NCBI GenBank assembly: GCA_001002135.1
Contig: LCLP01000001.1
Span: forward strand, 361,114-425,113
DNA length: 64,000 nucleotides
Direction: 5' to 3'
Source: Candidatus Pacebacteria bacterium GW2011_GWA1_46_10
Lineage (GTDB): Bacteria > Patescibacteriota > Microgenomatia > UBA1400 > PJMF01
Part shown: piece by piece, positions 9,481-18,309 of the stretch
How the letters are laid out: each line of letters starts with the position of its first letter
Position numbering within the stretch: the first letter of the stretch is position 1
The notes under the pieces: model-generated
The model's input: only the letters and a program-made list of their open reading frames with translations
What the model was told of the DNA's origin: nothing
Databases searched by the model: none
Program-made: the position numbers and the translations under genes

Positions 9481-9741
9481 ATGATGAACAACAAAACATT
9501 TCTCTACCTAGGGGTGGTGGCGGTGGTGTTGGCCGCGATCTTTTATTATGCCAGATCAACCGTCACTCAGCCGGTGCCGGTGGAACAAACAAGCACTGAA
9601 GCGGCCCAGGAGATAGAACAAGCCCCCACGAATCAAGAGGCGGCTGACACGACGATTGAAAAAATCGACGAGGAGTTCTCGGCTACCAGTGAAACGGAAT
9701 TTAACACGGGGGATCTTTCTGATGAGGCGCTGGGACTCTAA
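9481..9741 (+). CDS. small membrane-anchored acidic protein, hypothetical
   Basis: N-terminal TM helix (LYLGVVAVVLAAIFYY) followed by an E/T/D-rich tail. Confidence 0.3.
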   Translation: MMNNKTFLYLGVVAVVLAAIFYYARSTVTQPVPVEQTSTEAAQEIEQAPTNQEAADTTIEKIDEEFSATSETEFNTGDLSDEALGL

Positions 9742-9774
9742 CAGTTGAGGTCAAGTTGTGTTTGAGATGATACA

Positions 9775-11418
9775 GTGGTGGGTATGCAGTGGCGCGTATT
9801 AAGTGAGCTAGTTCCTCGATCTTTTCAAGATGTCACCGAGCTTCTCTTGCAGAATCGGTCGATTTTGGATTCACAAGCGTTTCTCCACCCCAAAACACCC
9901 AGTGAAACCTCTTTGGAGGAAGTGGGGCTTGATATTCAAGCAGTCCGGCAGGCCAAAGAACGGCTCGTGAAGGCAATTAAAGACAAGCAGAAAATCTTGG
10001 TCTTTGGCGACTATGATGCTGACGGAGTTTGTGCTACGGCGATCATGTGGGAAACGCTCCACTCATTGGGTGCCAACGTCTGGCCATTTATTCCGCACCG
10101 CGAGCAACACGGCTATGGGTTGACTGTGGCGGCGATTGAGGAGCTGACTGCTCACGATGTACCACAGTTATTGATCACAGTGGACACTGGTATAGTGGCT
10201 CACGAAGCGGTCAAAATATTGAAGAAAAGGAGGGTGGAGGTCATCATCACTGACCACCACCAACCAGAGAAAAAACTGCCACCTGCCTTGGCGGTGGTGC
10301 ACACCACGCAAGTGTGTGGTTCAGCAGTGGCTTGGTTGCTGGCTCGAGAACTGAGTGAGGTTCAGGCAGGCAAGGCCCTTGATTTAGTGGCTTTGGCGAC
10401 GGTGGCTGATCTGATGCCGCTTAAGGGGGTGAACCGGAGTCTGGTATCTCACGGTTTGACGGCTTTAAATAAGACTGAGCGCTTGGGGTTGCAGGCGTTG
10501 ATGGCGGCCGCGGGTTTGGCTGGCAAAAAAATCGACGCTGGCATAGTTGGTTACGTCTTGGCACCGAGAATTAACGCTATGGGGAGACTAGCACACGGTC
10601 TAGATGCCTTGCGACTGTTGTGTACCAACAGTAAGCAGCGAGCCTTGGAGTTGGCCAGTCTGGTGGATGAGACCAATGCTGATCGGCAGCAGTTGACTGA
10701 AGACTTACTCCAGTTGGCTCGGCAGCAAGTGTTTGCCCAGAAGAAGGAATCATTATTGATCGCCTATTCGGCTGATTTTCATGAAGGAGTGATTGGTTTA
10801 ATCGCCGGAAAACTGGCGGAATGGTATGCCAAACCAGCCATCGTGATGAGTGCCCGCGGCCAGCTTGTCAAAGGTTCGGCTCGTTCAGTGCCAGGAGTCA
10901 ATATTACTGAGTTGCTTCGTTCTGCCAGAGAGTACTTACTGGAAGTCGGCGGTCATCCAATGGCGGCTGGGTTTGGTTTTGAGTCAAAAAACTTGGACGC
11001 GCTCATCAAGCATTTGTTTACCTACGCCAAAGAAAACATTGATGCTACTTTACTGCAAAAGACGCTCGACCTTGATTGCTGGTTGCCAGCCGAATTGATC
11101 ACAACCAAACTGATTAGTCATCTGCAACAGTTCGCCCCTTTTGGCCAAGCAAATCCCGAGCCCTTGTTCGCCTTGGCAGACTGGGAGATTCAGGCTGTTC
11201 AGCGGATTGGCAGTCAACAACAGCACTTGAAACTAAGACTCAAGGATACGAAGACCAAACTGGTTTTGCCGGCTTTGCTTTGGGGGAAGGGTGAATTGGC
11301 TGACACCATCCAAGCAGGGCAGCGCGTTCAGGCGGCGGGTGTTTTACAACTTAATCAATGGCAGGAGCAGACTACTCTACAACTGGTAGTGAGGGACTTA
11401 CAGCCGGCGGCAGAGTAA
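9775..11418 (+). CDS. recJ: single-stranded-DNA-specific exonuclease RecJ
   Basis: DHH family motifs: ILVFGDYDADGVCA (motif I), ITDHH (motif III), then a DHHA1-like region. 547 aa. Confidence 0.85.
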   Translation: MVGMQWRVLSELVPRSFQDVTELLLQNRSILDSQAFLHPKTPSETSLEEVGLDIQAVRQAKERLVKAIKDKQKILVFGDYDADGVCATAIMWETLHSLGANVWPFIPHREQHGYGLTVAAIEELTAHDVPQLLITVDTGIVAHEAVKILKKRRVEVIITDHHQPEKKLPPALAVVHTTQVCGSAVAWLLARELSEVQAGKALDLVALATVADLMPLKGVNRSLVSHGLTALNKTERLGLQALMAAAGLAGKKIDAGIVGYVLAPRINAMGRLAHGLDALRLLCTNSKQRALELASLVDETNADRQQLTEDLLQLARQQVFAQKKESLLIAYSADFHEGVIGLIAGKLAEWYAKPAIVMSARGQLVKGSARSVPGVNITELLRSAREYLLEVGGHPMAAGFGFESKNLDALIKHLFTYAKENIDATLLQKTLDLDCWLPAELITTKLISHLQQFAPFGQANPEPLFALADWEIQAVQRIGSQQQHLKLRLKDTKTKLVLPALLWGKGELADTIQAGQRVQAAGVLQLNQWQEQTTLQLVVRDLQPAAE

Positions 11419-11421
11419 CCG

Positions 11422-11456
11422 AAAAGGGCGCCGATTGGCGCCCTTTTTCTTTTTTA
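11422..11456. terminator. rho-independent terminator, probably bidirectional, between convergent recJ and the dsbA-like gene
   Basis: aaaaGGGCGCCgattGGCGCCCtttttctttttt: a 7-bp GC stem, 4-nt loop and T-tract. An A-tract upstream would serve the opposite strand. Confidence 0.7.
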
Positions 11457-11468
11457 ATTGGTTGGCGT

Positions 11469-12200
11469 TTATAAATATGAGTCAATGACACTTTTTACTT
11501 GCTCAAACGGCAGGGCACCGGAAATGAGCTCGTATTCACCGTCGGCTGTGACCAGGATGGTACCTGGGGTGCCGGTAATACCAGCGGCACTGCCGCCATT
11601 ATAGTCGTCGTTCACTAACTCGGTGGTTTCGCCGTTCTTCAGACAACTGTCAACCGCCGTGGCACTAACACCAACCTGACTGGCGTAACCCAGCAGTTTA
11701 TCTCTAGTTAAAGCTGAACCAGCGTCAACGGCCGCCTTTTCGAACAAGAGATCAGTAAAGGCCCAAAAGGTATCGTCGTCACTGAGTTTAGCCACACACT
11801 CGGATGCCTCGGCGCTGATCTGAGCTTGTGGGTGAATACCCCTGAGCGGAAAATGCCGGTAAACCCAAGCTACTTGGTCGCCATACTCCTCCAGGACTTG
11901 TTGCATGGTGGGATGGAAACGGTTACAAAATGGACACTCATAGTCGGAGTATTCCACCAATTTAATTGGTGCATTGGGGTTGCCACGAAGGTGATCTTCA
12001 GCCGTCACGGCCGGCATTTTTTCTGGAGTAGCTGGCGGTGGGGTTGGTACCCCGGCGGTAGGAGTACTAGTTGTCTTACCGGTAGTGTTGCCCAAACCGC
12101 TCTTGAGGAGTTTATTTTCACTCCACAATGAACCCAAGACAAAGCCGGCAATAAACGCCACAGCGGCCAGGAGAATCTTCATCAAAGTTTTGTTATCCAT
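11469..12200 (-). CDS. DsbA-like thiol:disulfide oxidoreductase (thioredoxin fold, membrane-anchored)
   Basis: CPFC active-site motif inside a thioredoxin fold, with an N-terminal TM/signal anchor. Start placed at MDNK (12200). The track's 12281 start would overlap the divergent prmC start at a CATG palindrome and leave no promoter space. Confidence 0.7.
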   Translation of the reverse strand: MDNKTLMKILLAAVAFIAGFVLGSLWSENKLLKSGLGNTTGKTTSTPTAGVPTPPPATPEKMPAVTAEDHLRGNPNAPIKLVEYSDYECPFCNRFHPTMQQVLEEYGDQVAWVYRHFPLRGIHPQAQISAEASECVAKLSDDDTFWAFTDLLFEKAAVDAGSALTRDKLLGYASQVGVSATAVDSCLKNGETTELVNDDYNGGSAAGITGTPGTILVTADGEYELISGALPFEQVKSVIDSYL

Positions 12201-12267
12201 GAGAGCCTTTCTAGTAGGGACAGTTTGAGTGAGCTTGTTAATGTGGCCAGAGTAACAATTTTTCGCG

Positions 12268-12273
12268 TAAAAT
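12268..12273 (+). promoter_or_regulatory. candidate -10 hexamer (TAAAAT) 6 nt upstream of the prmC ATG with no Shine-Dalgarno sequence, suggesting a leaderless mRNA
   Basis: cgTAAAATacaagcATG. Confidence 0.3.
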
Positions 12274-12279
12274 ACAAGC

Positions 12280-13047
12280 ATGTCAATCCGTCAACTGACT
12301 GCTTATGAAAAAAACCATCTTGTAAAATTTGGCAAGAATCTAGTAGAGATCGACCAGTATGGTGAAATGCCGGTGGAATATATCACCGGCAAAGCGGTCT
12401 TTCTGGGCCAAGTGTTGGCGGTTAGTCCAGCCACTCTGATTCCTAGGGTTGAGACAGAAGAACTGGTGGAAAGGATTCAGGCTGATATTTTGCAAGACCG
12501 TACGAATTGGGAAGGAAAAGAACTGACAGGGGTTGATGTTGGCACCGGCTCTGGGGTGATCGGCGTGACGATGGCACAATTTTTTGAACGCCAACAACTG
12601 CGGTATGACTTAACTATGAGTGATATTTCGTCAGCAGCGCTGGCAGTTGCCAAGGCTAATTTTAACGCCCTTTTACCCTCACCACGGTTCGGCCAAGTTG
12701 AGTTTATATTGAGTGATTTGTTGAAAAGTTTTCCCAGAAAGAAAAAACTTGATTTGATTTTTGCCAACGTGCCGTATATTCCTCGGGAGCGATTAGCTAC
12801 TCTCGATAGTTCGGTCAAGGATTTTGAGCCGTTGATAGCCTTGGATGGGGGCGAGGACGGCTTGCAGTACATTTCGCTGCTTCTAAAGCAGGCTGAAGTA
12901 GCGCTGAGACCTGGCGGGAAAGTCTATTTAGAGGTAGACGATACGCACACCAAGGAAAAATTCCGATCGTTTACCGACAGCTATGGTCTTCACTTACTAC
13001 CTGACCAATTTGGCAAGAATCGTTTTGGTAGCTTTACCCTCAAGTGA
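12280..13047 (+). CDS. prmC: PrmC/HemK-family protein-(glutamine-N5) methyltransferase
   Basis: SAM-binding DVGTGSGVIG motif and the catalytic NVPY (NPPY-type) motif. 255 aa. Confidence 0.7.
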   Translation: MSIRQLTAYEKNHLVKFGKNLVEIDQYGEMPVEYITGKAVFLGQVLAVSPATLIPRVETEELVERIQADILQDRTNWEGKELTGVDVGTGSGVIGVTMAQFFERQQLRYDLTMSDISSAALAVAKANFNALLPSPRFGQVEFILSDLLKSFPRKKKLDLIFANVPYIPRERLATLDSSVKDFEPLIALDGGEDGLQYISLLLKQAEVALRPGGKVYLEVDDTHTKEKFRSFTDSYGLHLLPDQFGKNRFGSFTLK

Positions 13048-13093
13048 ATTGAGATTTCTTGACAGTCACTGAGAAACAGTGCACCATAAAAGT

Positions 13094-13210
13094 ATGGTCA
13101 CGCTCCAATTTTTGTTTGGCAGGTTGATCACTTTTGTAATAGTGTTTGTGCTGGTGTTGGCGTTGTTCTCGGTGTATCTGTGGCTTACCAACTTGGGGTA
13201 TGAGTTTTAG
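13094..13210 (+). CDS. candidate 38-aa hydrophobic small membrane protein
   Basis: ATG...TAG encodes MVTLQFLFGRLITFVIVFVLVLALFSVYLWLTNLGYEF. A TTGACA hexamer lies about 25 nt upstream. Not in the ORF track (<60 aa). Overlaps the 3' end of the convergent nuclease gene by 4 nt. Confidence 0.25.
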   Translation: MVTLQFLFGRLITFVIVFVLVLALFSVYLWLTNLGYEF

Positions 13211-14073
13211 AGGATGACGCTTTCATCAGTGATATCAAAGTGGGGCAGGACGAAGATGTCTTGACGGTAAGTGGGGTTGGTACCGACAAATTCTGCTTGG
13301 CCGTTGACGATTTTTTCAAACGGTCGACAAATAGGACAGCCGGTTTCGCCATTGGGACAGCGGAAACGTTCCAGTTTGCGGGCTAGTTTAATTTCCTTCG
13401 CTACCTTGAACACAGTTTCATGTGATTGAGCCAAATTGGGGAGAGTCACATCAATGGGTTTGTCATCGGTTTCCAGATACCAATAGCTCATACCGTCAAC
13501 CTGGCGTTTTTGAGTATTGGTGACTAGCAGTAAGTAAATTGGTAACTGGAGGGAATCATTAGCTTCTTTTTTAGTACCGCTTTTGAAGTCCAAGATTCTG
13601 ATCTTGTCTGTATCAGGCAAGTATTCCAGCCAGTCCACTTTGCCACACAGAATAATTTCGTCCACCTCAGACAGCCAATAGTTTGGCAAGTCTTCTTTAA
13701 TCTTGATCGCCAGCCGACCAACCAGCCCTGGGTTTTTGATGATTTTCTGGAGCATCCGCTCACCACGCTGTTTGAACTCACGCTCAGTCTCGGTGTCAAA
13801 AAAGCCACCCTTTTTACCACTGACTTTTTGCCAAGCCTTGTCAAATTTTTGTAACAGATTGTCTTTGAAACGTTTCTCAACAGGCAGGGTCGATAGACTT
13901 TCAATTACTTCGTGGATAGCTTGGCCAAGTGACAGCGAGGGAGAGGCTAGTTGGACTTTGTTACCGGTATCGGGGTTACGGTAAATGTTTTTCAGGAAAT
14001 ACGCTCGAGGACACTTTTGAAAGTCGGAGATTGAACTGTAAGAGACCCAAGTGGCAGCGTATTTGTCAGGCAT
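13207..14073 (-). CDS. PD-(D/E)XK nuclease-family protein (Cas4/RecB-like) with a C-terminal Cys cluster
   Basis: N-terminal CPRAYFL, central ILDFKSGTKK (D...E-x-K-like core) and C-terminal CPNGETGCPIC. This pattern matches Cas4/DUF83-type nucleases with an Fe-S cluster. Confidence 0.5.
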   Translation of the reverse strand: MPDKYAATWVSYSSISDFQKCPRAYFLKNIYRNPDTGNKVQLASPSLSLGQAIHEVIESLSTLPVEKRFKDNLLQKFDKAWQKVSGKKGGFFDTETEREFKQRGERMLQKIIKNPGLVGRLAIKIKEDLPNYWLSEVDEIILCGKVDWLEYLPDTDKIRILDFKSGTKKEANDSLQLPIYLLLVTNTQKRQVDGMSYWYLETDDKPIDVTLPNLAQSHETVFKVAKEIKLARKLERFRCPNGETGCPICRPFEKIVNGQAEFVGTNPTYRQDIFVLPHFDITDESVIL

Positions 14074-14174
14074 GAGCTTACTCTAACACACTGAAGAGTG
14101 GAAAATGTAATGATCATTACGCACTAAATAACTTTTTATTCGATATACTTGCTGGCAAAGGAAGGAAAAACACG

Positions 14175-14657
14175 ATGTTTGATCCAAAAGCTCCCTCATT
14201 TTGGGTGTTACTTTTGATGGCTGTATTGGGTCTTGCCGGCCTGGTTTATTTTTTTAAGGTGGGCAACTCTTTGCAGGTTGCTCCTTCACCTGTCAGTAAC
14301 CGACAAATAGCTCAACAGTCAGGGACAACTCAAGCTGAAAATGCTCCTCAAACTGGTCGATACCAAGAGTATTCGCCGGCGGCTTTTGAGGCGGCAGCTG
14401 ACCAGCGGCGTGTACTGTTTTTCCATGCGCCATGGTGTCCGACTTGCCGCCCATTACACGCGCAACTGCTGGAAAATGAAAACCGGATACCGGAAGATGT
14501 AGTAATTTTTAAAACAGATTACGATAGCAGCACTGAGCTGAAAAGTCGGTATGGGGTGACCTATCAACACACTTTTGTGCAGGTAGATCGTATGGGTGAA
14601 AAAATCAAGATCTGGAACGGCGGCTTACTGGAAGATCTATTGGCCAATATTTTGTAA
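14175..14657 (+). CDS. membrane-anchored thioredoxin-like protein
   Basis: N-terminal TM helix then a thioredoxin fold with the WCPTC active site. Shine-Dalgarno sequence AAGGAAGG. Confidence 0.6.
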   Translation: MFDPKAPSFWVLLLMAVLGLAGLVYFFKVGNSLQVAPSPVSNRQIAQQSGTTQAENAPQTGRYQEYSPAAFEAAADQRRVLFFHAPWCPTCRPLHAQLLENENRIPEDVVIFKTDYDSSTELKSRYGVTYQHTFVQVDRMGEKIKIWNGGLLEDLLANIL

Positions 14658-15017
14658 TTAGCGCAGGGTGAAAACATTGGTAGAACCGTCAAGTTTGACA
14701 GTATAGCCATCCACTCGGCCTCGGAACGACTCACTGCCGATCTGGCCACTAAAGGTTGAGCTTGACTCAATGCGCAGGGAAAAATCATCAATGTAGCCGG
14801 TGGCCGTAATTTGTGGCCAGCTGCCGCTCGTTCCGGTGCCCCTAATTTGTCCAACCCCGGATTCGTAAAGATCAATAGTCGTGTCGGTAATGGTGCCGCT
14901 AAAGCTTTGGCGCTGTGGGGTGTTATTTTCTGGGTACTCAACATCTCCAGCTCGGAAATCGCGGCGAGCGAGCCTGCCGGCGACAAAAGCGATGGTGTAT
15001 TCGGCTTGAATGGTCAT
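14658..15017 (-). CDS. hypothetical beta-rich protein
   Basis: 119 aa, G/S/T-rich with no motif recognised. Abuts the convergent thioredoxin gene. Confidence 0.3.
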   Translation of the reverse strand: MTIQAEYTIAFVAGRLARRDFRAGDVEYPENNTPQRQSFSGTITDTTIDLYESGVGQIRGTGTSGSWPQITATGYIDDFSLRIESSSTFSGQIGSESFRGRVDGYTVKLDGSTNVFTLR

Positions 15018-15065
15018 AGGGAGTATTATACGCTATGGTGAGCGTCGGATGAGTTTTTAAGGGCA

Positions 15066-15476
15066 GTGGCAAAAGATCCTCAAGATCCCATCCAACAGGT
15101 GGCCAGAGAACATGCGTCTCAAGTGGGGAGAAAAGCTCGAAGTCTGAAACTAAACATCATGGCTTCTTACTTACTCACCCCAGCTTCTCTTGAAGAAGTT
15201 GGCCGTGCTTATGGTGGGGTTAGCAGGCAACGGGTTTTACAAATTACTCAAGAATCAATCCAAGCTTTGTGGGAAAAGTCGTCGCCTGAGCTAAAAAAAA
15301 GGTTTTCAACTCCTCCCGCCGCTTCAAAAGAAAAAGACCGACTTTATCTGAAGAGTATTGTTTCTGCTGCTATGACTGGCGACTTTAAAGAAATTAAGAA
15401 ACTTAGCCAATCATCCCAATCAAAATGGAGAAAGAAATTAAGAGAGAAGTTTGACATCGAGCTACCTATGTTTTAA
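15066..15476 (+). CDS. small HTH protein resembling sigma-70 region 4
   Basis: ASLEEVGRAYGGVSRQRVLQITQESIQAL resembles the sigma region-4 HTH. The track start is GTG; an internal ATG (MASYLL) is also possible. Confidence 0.4.
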   Translation: MAKDPQDPIQQVAREHASQVGRKARSLKLNIMASYLLTPASLEEVGRAYGGVSRQRVLQITQESIQALWEKSSPELKKRFSTPPAASKEKDRLYLKSIVSAAMTGDFKEIKKLSQSSQSKWRKKLREKFDIELPMF

Positions 15477-16094
15477 ACGCACTTCTCGTTGTGGGAACGG
15501 AATCTCGATTTGCTCTTTTTCAAACTCGGTGAGAATTTTTTCTTTTAACTCTGCCTCCACTCGCTCTACTCTTTCATATCTTTCCAAATCAATACCATAA
15601 ACATAGTACTCAGCCCGAAGATTGACTGACGAATCTGCAAATTCCACTACCATTAATTCAGGATATTGATGTGTATTAGATGAAACCTCAAAGTCATTTT
15701 CTAGCCATTGGACAAGCTGTTGAATGTAGATATCGAGCCTTAACTCGTCCTCTTCTTTCAAGCTTTTCATTTTTTTCAATAGCTGGTCCACCCGCTTTTT
15801 AAAGGAAGAAAATTTATTTGCATAACGATCGTTTAAACGTTCTAAGTTGTACTGCTCGATGGTTCGTAAATCGGCTAAGTACTTTGAGGCGTTATTGATG
15901 CCAAAAGAATCTAAAACTGGTTGAGGACGGTTCAACGAGGGGTCTTTTTTACTAATCTCAAAAAGTGAAAAGAAAGCTGCCTGTATGGTGGCAAACTCTG
16001 TTTCGATTCTGGTTGCCAACTCACTAATCGTTTGTTTTTCTTTGTTGTCAAGTTGTCTATCAGCTTTAAATTGACCCAAAACTCCTGCCATCAC
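15462..16094 (-). CDS. MscS-type C-terminal (alpha/beta) domain ORF; same frame as the upstream channel ORF, separated by one TGA
   Basis: C-terminus YPELMVVEFADSSVNLRAEYYV...IEIPFPQREV matches the MscS C-terminal domain. The reading frame is continuous with 16149..17417 except for TGA at 16149-16151. Confidence 0.5.
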   Translation of the reverse strand: MMAGVLGQFKADRQLDNKEKQTISELATRIETEFATIQAAFFSLFEISKKDPSLNRPQPVLDSFGINNASKYLADLRTIEQYNLERLNDRYANKFSSFKKRVDQLLKKMKSLKEEDELRLDIYIQQLVQWLENDFEVSSNTHQYPELMVVEFADSSVNLRAEYYVYGIDLERYERVERVEAELKEKILTEFEKEQIEIPFPQREVRLKHR

Positions 16095-16148
16095 AGTCAG
16101 CGTATAGATAAAGTCTCGATAGGTTTCTTCAAAGCGTTGTCGAATTTG

Positions 16149-17417
16149 TCAATACTCAACTCCCCAGCTAAGTATGGTTTTTTCTTCGTCAGCAATATTT
16201 TTTTTGAGCGCGGCTTTTATAGCGGGAATCTTTTCTGTGGGATCGCCGACTACGTAAGGATTGGCATTCATGATTTTTAGGACTACTGCTCGGCTTTTTT
16301 TCACATCAGTTCCATACGCTACCCCCAAGGGAAGACTCACTAGTAAGTCAGGTAATGGTCGAGAAAGATTAACAATGGTTTGGCTAGCCATTTCACTGTT
16401 GGGAATTGATACCACGGTATTTTCTTCCACTAAGTACAGCTCTGTGGCCCTGAGGCCAACTCGGCGCACTTCACAAATTCCCAGGTCTGGCAAGCGGATA
16501 ATTTCTCCGAATTTAAATGGTGTTTCAATAGTTAAAAATAGGCCACTAAAAATATTTGAAAGTGCCTCCTGCAAAGCAAAAGCAAGGATAAACGACGCTC
16601 CTCCGATCATTACGGACAACGCTGAAGTATTAATGCCTAAGAGTTGAAGAAAAAACAGGGTGGTGATGGCAAGAATTATTGGTGGAGCTAATCGCTCAAT
16701 AATAAGGACGAGGATTTGATCATAGCTTGATTCGGCTTGTTGAGCGGTATACCGAATTGAATAAACAAGAATTTCTTTTACAAACACTCGATTGAAAAAA
16801 TAAGCCCCAAATAATAGCCCCGTGAGCCTTAATGTTTGATCGGCCAAAGTAATTAATAGCGGTGAAGAAGAGTTTTCTTTGACAAGAAAACTTAACAGTA
16901 CGACAGAAACCCCTAGTGCGACTGGTTTCATTAACACTGTGGCCGCTACGACCACAAAATCGAATTTCGACCGTCGTGATAAAGACTTCAGTGAACCTGC
17001 TCGTTTGTAGCCGACTGAAAATACCCGTAGCAACCGCAGGCTTCGCAAAATTCGCAACGCCCGAAAAATACGAATCACTCTGATAGCGGGGAGTACAACA
17101 ATGACAACATCCAGCCAATTGTTAACTGTGTAATGCCATTTTTTGGGAGCTAACCAGATTCTAATCACAAACTCGATGAAAAATACTGCCCAAATAAACC
17201 AATCAAATATCTCCAGCGGTAACAACCATTGTTCAGGTACTGTGTAAAACCGAGGCAAAAGAATTCCCACCAGCATTAAAATAGCGAGAATCAACATTGG
17301 GATTTCAGATTTTTGTTCGAAACGTTCCAGTCGAGGAGTTTTTTCAGGTTTAGTAGTAATCATTCCCCACAACCCGAGTCTTTTAGTTTTATCGGTCATA
17401 TCGCTTTTTCTTTTCAA
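16149..17417 (-). CDS. ion-transport (voltage-sensor-like S1-S4) domain fused to an MscS mechanosensitive channel core
   Basis: Four N-terminal TM segments including the S4-like RVIRIFRALRILRSLRLLR, which has Arg at every third position seven times. These are followed by MscS TM3 and the beta domain (TIETPFKFGEIIRL...VVSIPNSEMASQTIVNLS). Confidence 0.55.
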   Translation of the reverse strand: MKRKSDMTDKTKRLGLWGMITTKPEKTPRLERFEQKSEIPMLILAILMLVGILLPRFYTVPEQWLLPLEIFDWFIWAVFFIEFVIRIWLAPKKWHYTVNNWLDVVIVVLPAIRVIRIFRALRILRSLRLLRVFSVGYKRAGSLKSLSRRSKFDFVVVAATVLMKPVALGVSVVLLSFLVKENSSSPLLITLADQTLRLTGLLFGAYFFNRVFVKEILVYSIRYTAQQAESSYDQILVLIIERLAPPIILAITTLFFLQLLGINTSALSVMIGGASFILAFALQEALSNIFSGLFLTIETPFKFGEIIRLPDLGICEVRRVGLRATELYLVEENTVVSIPNSEMASQTIVNLSRPLPDLLVSLPLGVAYGTDVKKSRAVVLKIMNANPYVVGDPTEKIPAIKAALKKNIADEEKTILSWGVEY

Positions 17418-17497
17418 TCAGTATATAAGAAAAAAAGCTTCCGTCAACGAAATTTTAATTCTTTCTTGGTGAAAATTAAATAAGACTGAGTGCTTTG

Positions 17498-17568
17498 ATC
17501 CCGGGCTAGGATTCGAACCTAGAACAACAAGTTCAGAGCCTGTAGTGATGCCATTTCACCACCCGGGA
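17498..17568 (-). tRNA. tRNA-Gln (anticodon CTG); CCA not encoded
   Basis: Cloverleaf read by eye on the minus strand: acceptor TCCCGGG/CCCGGGA, D-stem GTGA/TCAC, anticodon stem ACAGG/CTTGT with loop CT-CTG-AA, T-arm CTAGG-TTCGAAT-CCTAG, discriminator T. Confidence 0.75.
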
Positions 17569-17637
17569 TTTCATGATTTTTTCATCTTCCAGCAGTATGC
17601 TGGTAAGACAATTACATAGTATACCAGAGGAAACCAC

Positions 17638-18309
17638 GTGCAAAAGGTGCTTGTTTTGGAAGACGATCCACTCTTGGCCCAGACACTTAAGCAGGGTCTG
17701 ACGGCTAAACGTCTGGCAGTGACGGTGGTCAATGACTTGCGGGCATTTAGTCTGGCTGTCAATCGTGAGCAGTTTGCGGTCTGTGTGATGGATCGGTTGA
17801 TCGGTGATCGGGACTCAATCGAGCTGATTCCGGAAGTCAGAGAGTTGTTGCCCCAAGCCAGAATTTTACTACTGACTAAAAAGTCCGCGGTGCTTGATCG
17901 GATAGAAGGATTGGAGGCCGGGGCGGATGATTACTTGGCTAAACCTTTCTCGATGGCAGAACTGCGGTTGAGAATACGGTCACTCTTGTCACTCTACCGA
18001 GTGGAAAGTGAGACTCATGGTTTGTCGATAGGTAAACTGATGTTTTATCCTTTACAAGGTGTCCTACAGGGGCCGACCGGCAAGGTTTTTTTACCCAGGC
18101 GAGAAACCGAGATCTTACTGTGTTTGGTGCGGGCGGCTGGTACGGTGGTCTCCAAACGGTTTTTGGAGCGGACCTTGTGGCCGGAAACCTTTGAACCGAA
18201 TCCGAGCACCATTGACGTTTATGTTCGCCGGTTGCGCCAGAAACTTGGGTCATTTGGCGGAGTGTTGCGGACCAAACGCGGGTTTGGTTACTACCTGAAG
18301 TTACGCTAA
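17638..18309 (+). CDS. OmpR-family response regulator (receiver + winged-helix DNA-binding domain)
   Basis: VLEDD, VCVMD (phospho-Asp), LLLTKK and AKPF receiver motifs. C-terminal wHTH region (RRETEILLCLV...VYVRRLRQKL). GTG start with GAGGA Shine-Dalgarno sequence. Confidence 0.8.
   Translation: MQKVLVLEDDPLLAQTLKQGLTAKRLAVTVVNDLRAFSLAVNREQFAVCVMDRLIGDRDSIELIPEVRELLPQARILLLTKKSAVLDRIEGLEAGADDYLAKPFSMAELRLRIRSLLSLYRVESETHGLSIGKLMFYPLQGVLQGPTGKVFLPRRETEILLCLVRAAGTVVSKRFLERTLWPETFEPNPSTIDVYVRRLRQKLGSFGGVLRTKRGFGYYLKLR

Noticed and set aside
12279-12282. CATG palindrome that gives overlapping divergent start codons for the dsbA-like gene (minus) and prmC (plus)
   Set aside because: It would leave no promoter or RBS space for either gene. 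The dsbA-like gene more plausibly starts at internal MDNK (12200), which has an AAAGG upstream and a signal-anchor immediately after, so the overlap is an ORF-calling artefact.
16149-16151. The in-frame TGA within the MscS-like gene as evidence of UGA recoding (code 25/4) or selenocysteine
   Set aside because: TGA clearly terminates several well-supported genes here (724-726, secD 6359-6361, 20559-20561, rmd 26273-26275). All other long ORFs are uninterrupted under the standard code, and no SECIS-like hairpin or sel genes are seen. A local nonsense mutation, a sequencing error or readthrough is more plausible.
17498-17568. tRNA-Gln as a possible integration hotspot with an adjacent mobile element
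   Set aside because: No integrase, recombinase, direct repeat of the tRNA 3' end, or compositional shift is visible on either side. The neighbours are a channel gene and a two-component system.
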